A DNA stretch of 64,000 nt from Candidatus Aldehydirespirator sp. (GCA_965221215.1 OZ244872.1:1636936-1700935), one strand, 5' to 3'. Positions 18,085 through 28,070 are shown, counted from the first letter of the stretch. Notes: generated by a model from the letters alone, not told the origin. Translations and numbers: made by a program.

Positions 18085-19533
18085 ATGAGCCAACTGCACG
18101 AGGCCCAGCAACGGGCCGATCCGATCAAGAGATACGTGGCGCCCGAGTCGTTGGAGGACGCTCTGGCCGTGCTCGCCGCGCACGGACCGTCGGCCCGGGC
18201 CGTGGCCGGCGGCACCGACCTGCTGCTGGAGCTCAGCCGCGGGGCCCGCACCGGGATCGACACCCTCGTCGATCTGAGCGTGCTCGACGGTCTCGACGCC
18301 ATTGTCGAGCGCGACGGGCGAATCGAGCTGGGGCCGCTGGTCACCCACGCCGATGTGGTCGCCTCCGAGCGGCTGCTGTCGGCGGGACTGCCGCTGGCGC
18401 AGGCCTGCCTGGAGGTCGGCGGTCCGCAGCTTCGCAACCGGGCCACGGTGGTGGGCAACATCGTCACCGCCAGCCCCGCCAACGACACCATCTCGGCGCT
18501 GTACGCGCTGGGCGCGGACGTGACGGTGGCGTCGGCCTCCGGCGGCGAGCGGACCATGGCGATCACCGAGTTCATCGACGGCTTCCGCACCACCGCGCTG
18601 GCGCCGGGCGAACTGGTGGCCAAAGTCGCCTTCGATGCGCTAGGCGGGGCTCGCCGCGGCATCTTCGTCAAGCTCGGGCTGCGCAGGGCCCAGGCCATCT
18701 CGGTGGTGCACGCCGCCGCGGTGGTGACCGACGCCGACGACGGCACCGCGGCCGACCTGGTGGTGGCCCTGGGCAGCGTCGGCCCCACCATCGAGTTGGT
18801 CCCCGACGCCGGCACCATCGCCGCGGGCCGGCCGCTGGCCGAGGTCGCGGCCGATGTGGCCGCGGCGGCCCGGGCCGCAGTAAGTCCCATAGACGACCTG
18901 CGCTCCACCGCCGAGTACCGCAGCCACACCACCGAAGTGGTGGTCAGGCGGGCCCTGCTGTCGCTGGCCGCCGGGACCGAGGCCGACACCTGGCCCGAGC
19001 GCCCGCCCCGGCTAGCGGAGCGCAACGGCGCGGCTGCGAGCACCGTCCGTCGGGACATCACCGACGACAGCACCGTGCGCGCCACCGTCAACGGGCAGCC
19101 TCGCTCGGCCTCCAACGCCGCCCGGCGCACCCTGCTCGACTGGCTGCGCCTCGATCTCGGCCTGCTCGGCACCAAGGAGGGCTGCGCCGAGGGCGAGTGC
19201 GGGGCGTGCACCGTCCACCTCGACGGCCGGGCCGTGCTGTCGTGCCTGGTGCCCGCAGCCCGCGCCGACGGCGCGGCCATCACCACCGTGGAGGGCGTGG
19301 CCCCGCCCGAGGGGGGCCTGCACCCGGTGCAGCAGGCCCTGGCCGACTGCGAGGGCGTCCAGTGCGGGTTCTGCACGCCGGGGTTCGTGATGAGCTCGGT
19401 GATGCTCGCGGCCGAGGAGCCCAACCCGAGCCGGGCCCAGGTGGAGCACGGCCTGGCCGGCAACCTGTGCCGCTGCACCGGCTACTACACGATCATCGAG
19501 GCACTTGCCGGCGCCGGCATGGCGGCCCCATGA
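18085..19533 (+). CDS. Xanthine dehydrogenase-family FAD-binding subunit fused to a C-terminal 2x[2Fe-2S] subunit
   Basis: AGGTDL, QLRNRATVVGN, then GTKEGCAEGECGACTV, QCGFCTPG and GNLCRCTGY. Confidence 0.9.
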   Translation: MSQLHEAQQRADPIKRYVAPESLEDALAVLAAHGPSARAVAGGTDLLLELSRGARTGIDTLVDLSVLDGLDAIVERDGRIELGPLVTHADVVASERLLSAGLPLAQACLEVGGPQLRNRATVVGNIVTASPANDTISALYALGADVTVASASGGERTMAITEFIDGFRTTALAPGELVAKVAFDALGGARRGIFVKLGLRRAQAISVVHAAAVVTDADDGTAADLVVALGSVGPTIELVPDAGTIAAGRPLAEVAADVAAAARAAVSPIDDLRSTAEYRSHTTEVVVRRALLSLAAGTEADTWPERPPRLAERNGAAASTVRRDITDDSTVRATVNGQPRSASNAARRTLLDWLRLDLGLLGTKEGCAEGECGACTVHLDGRAVLSCLVPAARADGAAITTVEGVAPPEGGLHPVQQALADCEGVQCGFCTPGFVMSSVMLAAEEPNPSRAQVEHGLAGNLCRCTGYYTIIEALAGAGMAAP

Positions 19534-21767
19534 GCGTCGGACAGTCGCCGGCCCGCATCGACGGACCGGCCAAGCTCACCGGGCAGGCCTCCTACGGAAG
19601 CGACCGCATCGGCGCCGACGCGCTGTGGGCCACTGCGGTGTTCACCGACCAGCCCCACGCCCGGCTCCTCGAAGTCGACTTCACTGCGGCGCGGGCCACC
19701 GACGGCGTGGTGGAGGTGTTCGGCTCGGCCGACGTGCCGGTCAACGAGTTCGGCCTCACCATGGCCGACCATCCCGTGTTCGTGGGCCTCGAACACACCG
19801 GGCGCAGCGCGGTCGCCTGCGACGTGTCGCGCTGGGAGGCCGACCGGCTGGCGCTGGTGGTGGCCGAGTCGCCCGAAGCGGCCCGGGCCGGCGCAGCCGC
19901 GATCACGTCGCGCTGGGCGCCGCTGCCGGTGCTGGCCGACATCGACGAGTCGCTGGGCTCCGACACCCTGCTGCATCCCGAGAACGGCAAGCCCAGCAAC
20001 GTCTACCACTCGCTGCGGCTCCGCAAGGGCGACATGGAGCAGGGCTGGGCCGACGCCGACGTGGTGGTGGAGTCCACCTACGAGTTCCCCTACCAGGAGC
20101 ACGCCTTCCTGCAGCCCGAGGCCGGGCTGGCCTACATCGACGACGAGGGCCGGGTGACGGTCGAGGTGGCCGGCCAGTGGACCCACGAGGACCAGGAGCA
20201 GATCGCCCACGCCCTCGACCTGCCCGTCGAGCGGGTGCGGGTGATCTACCCGGCCATCGGCGGGGCCTTCGGCGGCCGGGAGGACATCTCCATCCAGATC
20301 GTGCTGGCCCTGGCCGCAATGAGGCTCCACGAGCGGGGCATCGACCGGCCGGTGGGCACAGTGTGGTCGCGCGAGGAGTCGATCGTCGGGCACGGCAAAC
20401 GCCACCGAGGCCGCATTACCACCCGCTGGGGTGCTCGGCGCGACGGCCGCATCACCGCGGTCAAGAGCACGGCCTGGCTCGACGCGGGCGCCTACAACTT
20501 CACTTCCAACAAGGTGCTGGGCAACTGCCACCTGCACCAGTGCGGCCCCTACGAGATCCCCAACGCCGAGGTGGACAGCCTGGCGGTGTACACCAGCGCC
20601 ACCCCGGCGGGCGCCTTCCGGGGTTTCGGCGGCCCCCAGGGCGCGTTCGCGGCCGAGTGCCAGATGAACAAGCTGGCCGAGGCGCTGGGGATCGACCCGG
20701 TGGAGCTGCGCCGCATCAACACGCTGCGCGAGGGCAGCGTCGGCATCACCCAGACGCCGATGCCCCAGGGCGTGACCATGCCCGAGGTGATCGACAGCTG
20801 CGCGGCCGAGGCCGACTCCGCGCCAGCCGAGCCGGTGGCGGACTTCAGCCCGTTCCCGTCGCTGCCCGCCGAGCCCTCGGCGCTGCGCCGGGGCCGGGGC
20901 TTCGCCTGCTCATACAAGAATGTGGGGTTCTCGTTCGGCTTCCCCGAGCGCTGCGAGGCCGAGATTGTGCTGCGCGGCGGCGCCGACTCCGACGAGCCCG
21001 AATCCGCGGAGTTGGCCCACGCCGGCGCCGACGTGGGCCAGGGCGCCCACACCGTGCTGGTGCAGATGGCCGCCGAGGCCACCGGCGTGCCCGCCGACCG
21101 CATCGAGCGCCGCTTCAGCGACACCGCCACCTCCGGCGACTCCGGCTCGGCGTCGGCCTCGCGGCTCACCTGGATGTCGGGCAACGCCATCCTGGGCGCG
21201 GCCGAGGAGGCCGAGAAGGCCTGGCGCGACGGCCAGCGCCCGGCGGTGGGCCGGTTCCGCTACGTGCCGCCGCCCACCGAGGTGCTCGATGCCGCCGACG
21301 GCCGGGGCGTGCCCAACTTCAGCTACGGCTACGTGGCCCAGCACGTCGATCTCAGCGTCGACGCCGACACCGGCCACATTCGGGTCAACCGGGTGGTCAG
21401 CGCCCACGATGTGGGCCGGGCCATCAACCCCCGGCTGGTGGTGGGCCAGATCGAGGGCGCGGTGATCCAGGCTCACGGCTACGCCATCAGCGAGAACCTC
21501 CGCTCCGAGGGCGGGCGCCTGCAGAACATGCGCCTCAGCACCTATCTGATGCCCGGCATCGGCGACATCCCGACGACCGTCGACAGCGTGGTGCTGGAGT
21601 TGGCCGACCCCCACGGCCCCTGGGGCGCCCGCGGCATGGCCGAGATGGGCATGATCCCGTATGCCCCCGCGGTGGTGGCCGCCCTCCACGACGCCACCGG
21701 CGTGTGGTTCGACAGCTTCCCGTTGACCCCCGACCGAGTCCTGGCCGGCCTGCAAGCCGCCCGCTGA
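19530..21767 (+). CDS. Xanthine dehydrogenase-family molybdopterin-binding subunit
   Basis: IGGAFGG, AFRGFGGPQ, DVGQG, GQIEGAVIQ and GARGMAE motifs; ATGA overlap with the upstream gene. Confidence 0.92.
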   Translation: MSVGQSPARIDGPAKLTGQASYGSDRIGADALWATAVFTDQPHARLLEVDFTAARATDGVVEVFGSADVPVNEFGLTMADHPVFVGLEHTGRSAVACDVSRWEADRLALVVAESPEAARAGAAAITSRWAPLPVLADIDESLGSDTLLHPENGKPSNVYHSLRLRKGDMEQGWADADVVVESTYEFPYQEHAFLQPEAGLAYIDDEGRVTVEVAGQWTHEDQEQIAHALDLPVERVRVIYPAIGGAFGGREDISIQIVLALAAMRLHERGIDRPVGTVWSREESIVGHGKRHRGRITTRWGARRDGRITAVKSTAWLDAGAYNFTSNKVLGNCHLHQCGPYEIPNAEVDSLAVYTSATPAGAFRGFGGPQGAFAAECQMNKLAEALGIDPVELRRINTLREGSVGITQTPMPQGVTMPEVIDSCAAEADSAPAEPVADFSPFPSLPAEPSALRRGRGFACSYKNVGFSFGFPERCEAEIVLRGGADSDEPESAELAHAGADVGQGAHTVLVQMAAEATGVPADRIERRFSDTATSGDSGSASASRLTWMSGNAILGAAEEAEKAWRDGQRPAVGRFRYVPPPTEVLDAADGRGVPNFSYGYVAQHVDLSVDADTGHIRVNRVVSAHDVGRAINPRLVVGQIEGAVIQAHGYAISENLRSEGGRLQNMRLSTYLMPGIGDIPTTVDSVVLELADPHGPWGARGMAEMGMIPYAPAVVAALHDATGVWFDSFPLTPDRVLAGLQAAR

Positions 21768-21786
21768 CCCGAACCGGTGCTGCCGG

Positions 21787-22335
21787 CTAGGAGGGCCAGG
21801 CCGCGGTTAGGCGCTCCCAGCAGTCTTGGAGGCTCTGGGGCAGGACCCGCACGTCGGCTATGGCAGTCATGAAGTTGGTGTCGGAGCGCCAGCGGGGCAG
21901 CACATGGATGTGGACGTGGTCGAACACGCTGGGACCGGCGCCTTCGCCCAGGTTGGCTCCGACGTTCACCCCGTCGGGCGAGAACGCGGCCTTGACCGCG
22001 GCCACGGCGCGGTGGACGGTGTCCCACAGCTCACGGCGCTCGTCGAGGTCGAGGCCCTCAAGGTCGGCGACCGCCCGGTAGGGCAGGACCAGAAGGTGGC
22101 CCGTCGAGTACGGGTAGCGGTTCAAGATGGCGAACACCCGCTCGCCCCGGTGCACGATGTGGGTCTGCTCGTCGGGCAGCCCCGCCGCCAGAATGGCCTC
22201 GAACAGGCTCAGGCCGGTTTCGCCACCCGAGCTGCCGGCCGCGGTTCCCGACGAATCGGCGATCCCGGCCGCAGCCGCCCGCTGGTCCTCGACCATGCTG
22301 GGGATCCGCCATCCCGCCCAGAGGCGCTCGACCAC
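21787..22335 (-). CDS. HIT-family Ap4A phosphorylase-like protein
   Basis: LNRYPYSTGHLLV and HVHIHVLPRW; lies downstream of thrS as in other actinobacteria. Confidence 0.88.
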   Translation of the reverse strand: MVERLWAGWRIPSMVEDQRAAAAGIADSSGTAAGSSGGETGLSLFEAILAAGLPDEQTHIVHRGERVFAILNRYPYSTGHLLVLPYRAVADLEGLDLDERRELWDTVHRAVAAVKAAFSPDGVNVGANLGEGAGPSVFDHVHIHVLPRWRSDTNFMTAIADVRVLPQSLQDCWERLTAAWPS

Positions 22336-22338
22336 CGG

Positions 22339-24315
22339 TCAGCTCCGGGCCTCGACCTCGGCGGCCAGGCGAGCCGCGAACTCCTCCAGGGGCACGTCGC
22401 GCTCGGGCTTCTTGGCACCGCGGGCGTTGACCCCGACGGTGCCGGCCGCGGCGTCGTCGTCGCCCACCACCAGCACATAGGGGATCTTGGCCACCTTGGC
22501 GTTGCGGACCCGCTTGCCCAGAGGCTCCTCCGCCGGGCTGGTCTCCACCCGCAGGCCGAGCCGGCGCAGGGTGCGGGCCACCTCGGCCCCGTAGTCGGCG
22601 TGGGCGGCGGCCACCGGCAGCACCGCCGCCTGAACCGGGGCCAGCCAGGCCGGGAACGCGCCGGCGAAGTGCTCGACCAGCACGCCGAAGAAGCGCTCCA
22701 CCGAGCCGAACAGGGCCCGATGGATCATCACCGGACGGGGCCTCGATCCGTCGGAGGCCACATACTCGAGGCCGAAGCGCTCGGGCAGGTTGAAGTCCAC
22801 CTGGATGGTGGAGAGCTGCCACGACCGGCCGATGGCGTCGCGCACGTCCACATCGATCTTGGGGCCGTAGAACGCCCCGCCGCCCTCGTCGGTGGCGTAG
22901 TCGAGCCCGGCCGTCTCCAGCGCGGCTCGCAGGCCGGCGGTGGCGTCGTCCCACAGCGCCTCGTCGCCCACGTACTTCTCGGCGGGCCGGGTGGAGAGCT
23001 TGGCCTGGAACTCGCTGAACCCGAAGGCGGCCAGCACGCTCAGCACGAACTCCAGCAGCGACGCCAGCTCGGCTGCGATCTGGTCGCGGGCGCAGAAGAT
23101 GTGGGAGTCGTCCTGGGTGAAGCCCCGGCTGCGCAGCAGGCCGTGCACCGCGCCCGACAGCTCGTAGCGGTACACCGCGCCCAGCTCGAACAGCCGCATG
23201 GGCAGGTCCCGGTAGCTGCGCTGCGACGACCGGTAGACCATCACATGGAACGGGCAGTTCATCGGCTTGGGGTAGTAGTCGGTGCCGTCCATCTCCATGG
23301 GCGGGTACATGCTCTCGGCGTAGAAGTCGAGATGGCCCGACGTCTCCCACAGCACCGACTTGGCGATGTGGGGCGAGTACACGAACTGGTAGCCGCCGTC
23401 GGCGTGGCGCCGGCGGGAGTAGTCCTCCATCAGGGTGCGCACCAGGGCGCCGTTGGGATGCCACACCGCCAGGCCCGGCCCCAGCTCGGCGGGCCACGAC
23501 ACCAGATCGAGCTCGGCGGCGAGGCGCCGGTGGTCGCGCCGCTCGGCCTCGGCCAGGCGGTGCAGGTGGGCGGCCAAGTCCTTGCGGGTGGCCCAGGCCG
23601 TGCCGTAGATGCGCTGCAGCATGGGGTTGCGCTCGCTGCCCCGCCAGTAGGCCCCGCTCACCCGCTGCAGGGCGAAGTGCCCCAGCCGGCCGGTGGATGC
23701 CACATGGGGGCCGAGGCACAGGTCCACAAACCCGTCGGATCCGTCGTTGTGGTAGCAGCTGACGCGGCCGTCCCCCGATGCCTCCGAGGCCAGGTCGCTG
23801 CCGGAGGCCGGACCCAGGGCCACCGCCTCGATGATGGCCCGCTTGTAGGGATGGGCCTCGAAGAGATCCAGGGCTTCCTCGGCGGCCATCTCGACGCGCC
23901 GGAAGGGCTGGTCGGCCTCGATGATCTCGCGCATCCGGGCCTCGATGCGCTCCAGGTCGGCATCGGCGAAGGTGGCGCCGTCGGGCAGCTCGAAGTCGTA
24001 GTAGAAGCCGTGCTCGATGGGCGGCCCGATGGCGAAGGTGGCGCCGGGGTACAGGTCCAGCACCGCCTGGGCCAGCACATGGGCGGTGGAGTGGCGCAGG
24101 GTGTGCAGCCCCCGGTCTGTGGCGGCAGTCACGATCTCGACCGCGGCTCCGTCGCCCAGCGGTGCGGCCAGGTCGCGCTCGGCGCCGTCCACCACCGCCA
24201 CCACGGCGTCGGCGGCCAGCCGCGGGCCGATGGCGGCAGCCAGATCAGCCGCGCTGGACCCCTCGGCCAGCTCCCGCACCGACCCGTCCGGCAGCGAAAC
24301 CCTGATAGCAGACAC
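22339..24315 (-). CDS. thrS: Threonine--tRNA ligase
   Basis: TGS domain, RHSTAH, DLCLGPH, KPMNCP, RYELSG, RGFTQDD, GAFYGPKID, MIHRALFGS. TAGCCT -10 at 24324-24329. Confidence 0.98.
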   Translation of the reverse strand: MSAIRVSLPDGSVRELAEGSSAADLAAAIGPRLAADAVVAVVDGAERDLAAPLGDGAAVEIVTAATDRGLHTLRHSTAHVLAQAVLDLYPGATFAIGPPIEHGFYYDFELPDGATFADADLERIEARMREIIEADQPFRRVEMAAEEALDLFEAHPYKRAIIEAVALGPASGSDLASEASGDGRVSCYHNDGSDGFVDLCLGPHVASTGRLGHFALQRVSGAYWRGSERNPMLQRIYGTAWATRKDLAAHLHRLAEAERRDHRRLAAELDLVSWPAELGPGLAVWHPNGALVRTLMEDYSRRRHADGGYQFVYSPHIAKSVLWETSGHLDFYAESMYPPMEMDGTDYYPKPMNCPFHVMVYRSSQRSYRDLPMRLFELGAVYRYELSGAVHGLLRSRGFTQDDSHIFCARDQIAAELASLLEFVLSVLAAFGFSEFQAKLSTRPAEKYVGDEALWDDATAGLRAALETAGLDYATDEGGGAFYGPKIDVDVRDAIGRSWQLSTIQVDFNLPERFGLEYVASDGSRPRPVMIHRALFGSVERFFGVLVEHFAGAFPAWLAPVQAAVLPVAAAHADYGAEVARTLRRLGLRVETSPAEEPLGKRVRNAKVAKIPYVLVVGDDDAAAGTVGVNARGAKKPERDVPLEEFAARLAAEVEARS

Positions 24316-24341
24316 CGCCCCCGAGGCTACCGCTGCCCCCG

Positions 24342-24647
24342 TCAGTGGCCGTGAGCAGCCGGAGCAGCTCTCAGACGCATCCCGAGAGCTCGCACGACCT
24401 TGAGGAGTGACTCCAACTCCACGAATCCGTTGGGTGAACCCGCTCCAGCATCGGTGACGGCCAGGCCTGCATCAGCCACAACGCTTTCCATGCCCTTGGA
24501 CCGCGCGATGTCATCCAGCACGGCTGCAACCAGAAGCGGATCATCCTCTCCGAGAGCCGCATCCAGATACGCGATTCGCTCCTCGTCGGTATCCAGCCCT
24601 TCCGCTGGATCCCATGGGAGGGTCTGGCTTCCCTTCTTGAGTCTCAT
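24342..24647 (-). CDS. Addiction-module antidote protein (HTH antitoxin)
   Basis: WDPAEGLDTDEERIAYLDAAL...DIARSKGM...GNP-like...LKVVRALGMRL. Directly downstream of the RelE-like toxin (ATGA overlap). Confidence 0.85.
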   Translation of the reverse strand: MRLKKGSQTLPWDPAEGLDTDEERIAYLDAALGEDDPLLVAAVLDDIARSKGMESVVADAGLAVTDAGAGSPNGFVELESLLKVVRALGMRLRAAPAAHGH

Positions 24648-24949
24648 CGGTCTCCTTGCCGAGTGACGCGAGCCAGCCTGATCGCCTTCTTGATATCGCG
24701 AGCCTGACTTCCCTTGTCACCGCCAGCCAGCAGAACCACCACGGACTGCGCTCGTCGGCAATAGTACACCCGGTATCCGGGCCCGTAGTCGACTCGCATT
24801 TCCATGACCCCGCCGCCCACCGGTCTCGCATCGCCCGGATGGCCGGCCTTCAAGCGGCGCACGCGGGTCCGAATGCGGCCTCTCGCCTCTGAGTCTCTGA
24901 GACGCTCGAACCACCGCCTGTACGTGACGGTCTGCTCCATAACAAACAC
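24644..24949 (-). CDS. Addiction-module killer protein (RelE/ParE-like toxin)
   Basis: WFERLRD...GDARPVGGGVMEMRVDYGPGYRVYY...LLAGGDKGSQARDI. Probable GTG start 24949 with TATGCT -10 upstream. Confidence 0.88.
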   Translation of the reverse strand: MFVMEQTVTYRRWFERLRDSEARGRIRTRVRRLKAGHPGDARPVGGGVMEMRVDYGPGYRVYYCRRAQSVVVLLAGGDKGSQARDIKKAIRLARVTRQGDR

Positions 24950-25051
24950 AGGCGCAGAAGCATACGTAACATCAACAAAAGGTGTTTCATGGACCGACTT
25001 GTGGAGTCCAGTCCAAGTCTGTGTACGGCTGCTGCCGAGTATTCCTGTCAC

Positions 25052-26176
25052 CTACAGGGTCACGCCGAGGAGGTCGGCGGCCCTGCCGACCGAGTGGCCG
25101 CGTCGAGCTGCGCCGTCGACCGCGACCAGGGCTGCTGGCACGTCGAGATCGTCGTCTAGGTGTTGGCGCACTTTGTCGAGCAGGCGGGCATCGCTGCGGG
25201 TTGCGTCCGAGGCGTGGCGCCACAGGGCCAGGCGCTGCTCGGCCTCCTCCAACAGTCCGTCGTGCCAGGGCCAGGGGGTGCGGTAGTGCTGCGACATCAG
25301 GGCCAGGCGGATGGCCATCGGCTCGTGGCGCTCCCGCAGCTCATGGACGAACACCAGATTGCCGAGCGACTTCGACATCTTGGCGCCCTGGTAGTGGACC
25401 AGCGCCTGATGCAGCCAGTGCCGGGCGAACGGCTTGCCCGTGACCGCCTCGGACTGGGCCCGCTCGCACTCGTGGTGCGGGTAGAGCAGATCCACTCCCC
25501 CGCCGTGCAAGTCGATGGTCTCGCCCAGCTCGCGCAGCGCCAGCGTCGAGCACTCGACGTGCCAGCCCGGTCGCCCCGGCCCCCAGCGCGACTCCCAGGC
25601 GGGCTCGCCGCTGCGGGCCGCCTGCCAGAGCACGAAGTCGAGCGGGTCCCGCTTGGCCGGATCGTCGGGGTTGTCGCGCCACTGCCGGGCCAGGCTGACC
25701 ATACGGTCTCGCCCGAACCTCGACAGCGAGCCGAACGCGTCGAAGGCCCCGGTGTCGAAGTAGACGCTGCCGCCGGCCCGGTAGGCGAAGCCCCGCTCCA
25801 GCGCGGCGTGGATGAAGCCGCGGATGTCGGCAATGGCCGAGGTCGCCCTGGGCTCCGAGGCAGGGGGCAGCGTGTTGAGGGCGGCCATGTCGTCGTCGAA
25901 GCGGGCCGTCTCGGCATAGGCCAAATCCAGGTAGTGGACCCCGCGCCGTTCGGCCGCGGCCAGGATGTCGTCGTCGACGTCGGTGATGTTGCGCACGCAG
26001 CGGGTCACGCGCCCGGAGTCCCGCAGCCGCCGCTGCAGCACGTCGTAGGTGATGTAGGTGGCGGCGTGGCCCAGGTGGGTGGCGTCGTAGGGAGTGATGC
26101 CGCACACGTACATGCGCACCACCTCCGGCGGGTCGAAGTCCACCACCGCGCCGCGGGCTGTGTCATAGAGCCGCAC
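25052..26176 (-). CDS. mshC: Cysteine:GlcN-Ins ligase (mycothiol biosynthesis)
   Basis: CGITPYDATHLGH, GRPGWHVEC, KMSKSLGN; lacks the anticodon-binding domain of CysRS. Confidence 0.88.
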   Translation of the reverse strand: MRLYDTARGAVVDFDPPEVVRMYVCGITPYDATHLGHAATYITYDVLQRRLRDSGRVTRCVRNITDVDDDILAAAERRGVHYLDLAYAETARFDDDMAALNTLPPASEPRATSAIADIRGFIHAALERGFAYRAGGSVYFDTGAFDAFGSLSRFGRDRMVSLARQWRDNPDDPAKRDPLDFVLWQAARSGEPAWESRWGPGRPGWHVECSTLALRELGETIDLHGGGVDLLYPHHECERAQSEAVTGKPFARHWLHQALVHYQGAKMSKSLGNLVFVHELRERHEPMAIRLALMSQHYRTPWPWHDGLLEEAEQRLALWRHASDATRSDARLLDKVRQHLDDDLDVPAALVAVDGAARRGHSVGRAADLLGVTL

Positions 26177-26182
26177 GTCCTC

Positions 26183-26192
26183 AAGGTAGCGT
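26183..26192. promoter_or_regulatory. Overlapping divergent -10 hexamers for leaderless mshC and fabI
   Basis: TAGCGT (+, 26187-26192) is 8 nt before fabI GTG 26201. TACCTT (-, 26188-26183) is 6 nt before mshC GTG 26176. Confidence 0.6.
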
Positions 26193-26200
26193 TGCGGGCT

Positions 26201-26968
26201 GTGGGCCTACTCGACGGTAAGCGCATCGTCATCACCGGCGTGCTCACCGACGCCTCGCTCGCCTTCGGCGCGGCCGAACTGGCGGCGGCCGAGGGGGGCC
26301 AGATCATTCTGACCGGGGCGGGCCGGGGAATGCGCCTCACCCAGCGCACCGCCCGCAAGCTCGGTGACGGCATAGATGTGGTGGAGTTCGACGTGACCGA
26401 GCCGTCCCACGCCGACGCTCTGCGCGACCACCTGGCCGACCGCTGGGGGCGGGTGGACGGAGCGCTGCACGCCATCGGGTTCGCGCCCGAGGTCTGTCTG
26501 GGCGGCACCTTCATGGATGCGACTTGGGACGACGTAAAGGTGGCGCTGGAGATCTCCACCTACTCGCTCAAGATGCTCGCCGACGCGGTGGCTCCCCTGA
26601 TGGATGCCGGAGGCTCGATCGTGGGACTGGACTTCGACGCATCCCGGGCCTGGCCCGCCTACGACTGGATGGGGGTGGCCAAAGCCGGACTCGAGTCGAC
26701 CTGCCGATACCTGGCCCGCTATCTGGGTCCGCAAGGCATCCGCGTGAACCTGGTCTCGGCCGGCCCGATGCGGACCATGGCCGCCCGCTCGATCCCCGGA
26801 TTCTCCGAGTTCGAGGACGCCTGGGCGCAGAGGGCGCCGCTTGGGTGGGCGGTGAGTGATCCGTCCGGGGTGTCGCGCACGGTGGTGGCCCTGCTGAGCG
26901 ATTGGCTTCCGGTCACCACCGGGTCGATCATCCAAGCCGACGGCGGCTACCACGCCATGGGCGCCTAG
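26201..26968 (+). CDS. fabI: Enoyl-ACP reductase (InhA-type)
   Basis: ITGVLTDASLAF, LHAIGFAP, AYDWMGVAK (catalytic Y/K), VNLVSAGPMRT. Confidence 0.93.
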   Translation: MGLLDGKRIVITGVLTDASLAFGAAELAAAEGGQIILTGAGRGMRLTQRTARKLGDGIDVVEFDVTEPSHADALRDHLADRWGRVDGALHAIGFAPEVCLGGTFMDATWDDVKVALEISTYSLKMLADAVAPLMDAGGSIVGLDFDASRAWPAYDWMGVAKAGLESTCRYLARYLGPQGIRVNLVSAGPMRTMAARSIPGFSEFEDAWAQRAPLGWAVSDPSGVSRTVVALLSDWLPVTTGSIIQADGGYHAMGA

Positions 26969-27011
26969 AGAACGCGCGGATAGACCCCGCCTGGTCGGGT
27001 CGACGCGGCGC

Positions 27012-28070
27012 TCAGGGGCGGTTGTCGTCGGTCTCGTCGAAGATGTCGCCTACCAGCGACTCCAGCACGTCCTCCAGGGTGACCACGCCCAGCATCGCTC
27101 CGGCCTCGCTGCGCACCAGGGCCATGTGCACCCGGGACCGGCGCATGTAGAGCAGCAGGTCGCGGCCGGCCATGTCGGGGCTCACCACCCGCATGCGCCG
27201 CACCAGCTCCAGCGGCACCGGGTCGTCGCGGGCCTCCGCGGGCATGCGGAGCAGGTCCTTGGCGTGCACGAACCCCAGCACGTCGCCCCGATCCGATCCC
27301 CACACCGGCACCCGGGTGTGTCCGCTCGACGCCACCACCTCCTCCAGGCGGGCCACCGATGTGCGCCGGGGCACCGCCACCAGCCGGTCGGCGGGCACCA
27401 TCATCGAGCCGGCCGAGCGAACCCGGAACTCCAGCGCCCCCGACAACAGCTCGTGCTCGGTGGGCTCGATCACGCCCTCGGAGCGGGCACCGGCCAGCAG
27501 GGTGTGGAACTCGTTGATGGTGAGGGCGGTGTTGATCTCGTCGGCCGGCTTCATGCCCATCAGCCGCACGATCCAGTTGGACACGGCGTTGAGCGACCAG
27601 ATGACTGGCCGGAAGGCGACCCCGTAGATCCGCATGGCCGGGGCCAGCAGCCTGGCGGTCGGCTCGGGGGCGGTGATGGCCAGGTTCTTGGGGACCATCT
27701 CCGCCAACACGACGTGCAGCGTGGTCACTGCAAACAGCGCCACCGCGAAAGAGATGGTGTGCAGCACACCCGAGGGGACCTCGACCACCCGCTCGATGAC
27801 CGGCTCGATGAGGTGGGCGATGGCCGGCTCGGCCACGTAGCCGAGCACCAGCGAGGTCATGGTGATCCCGAGCTGGGCCCCCGCCAGCTGGGTCTGGAGG
27901 TCGCGCACCGCCACCAGCGCGATGCCGCTGCGCCGGTCGCCGGTGGCCGCGGCCGACTCCAGGCGGACGGCCCGAGCCGCCACCAGCGCGAACTCGGCCG
28001 CCACGAAGAAGGCGTTGGCCCCGAGCATCACCACGGCCACCGCCAGAGCCACGACCGTGCCCGTGCTCAC
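27012..28070 (-). CDS. Hemolysin/CNNM family (DUF21 + CBS) membrane protein
   Basis: NAFFVAAEFALV, AQLGIT, EMVPKN, GHTRVPV, VTLEDVLESLVGDI. Confidence 0.9.
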   Translation of the reverse strand: MSTGTVVALAVAVVMLGANAFFVAAEFALVAARAVRLESAAATGDRRSGIALVAVRDLQTQLAGAQLGITMTSLVLGYVAEPAIAHLIEPVIERVVEVPSGVLHTISFAVALFAVTTLHVVLAEMVPKNLAITAPEPTARLLAPAMRIYGVAFRPVIWSLNAVSNWIVRLMGMKPADEINTALTINEFHTLLAGARSEGVIEPTEHELLSGALEFRVRSAGSMMVPADRLVAVPRRTSVARLEEVVASSGHTRVPVWGSDRGDVLGFVHAKDLLRMPAEARDDPVPLELVRRMRVVSPDMAGRDLLLYMRRSRVHMALVRSEAGAMLGVVTLEDVLESLVGDIFDETDDNRP

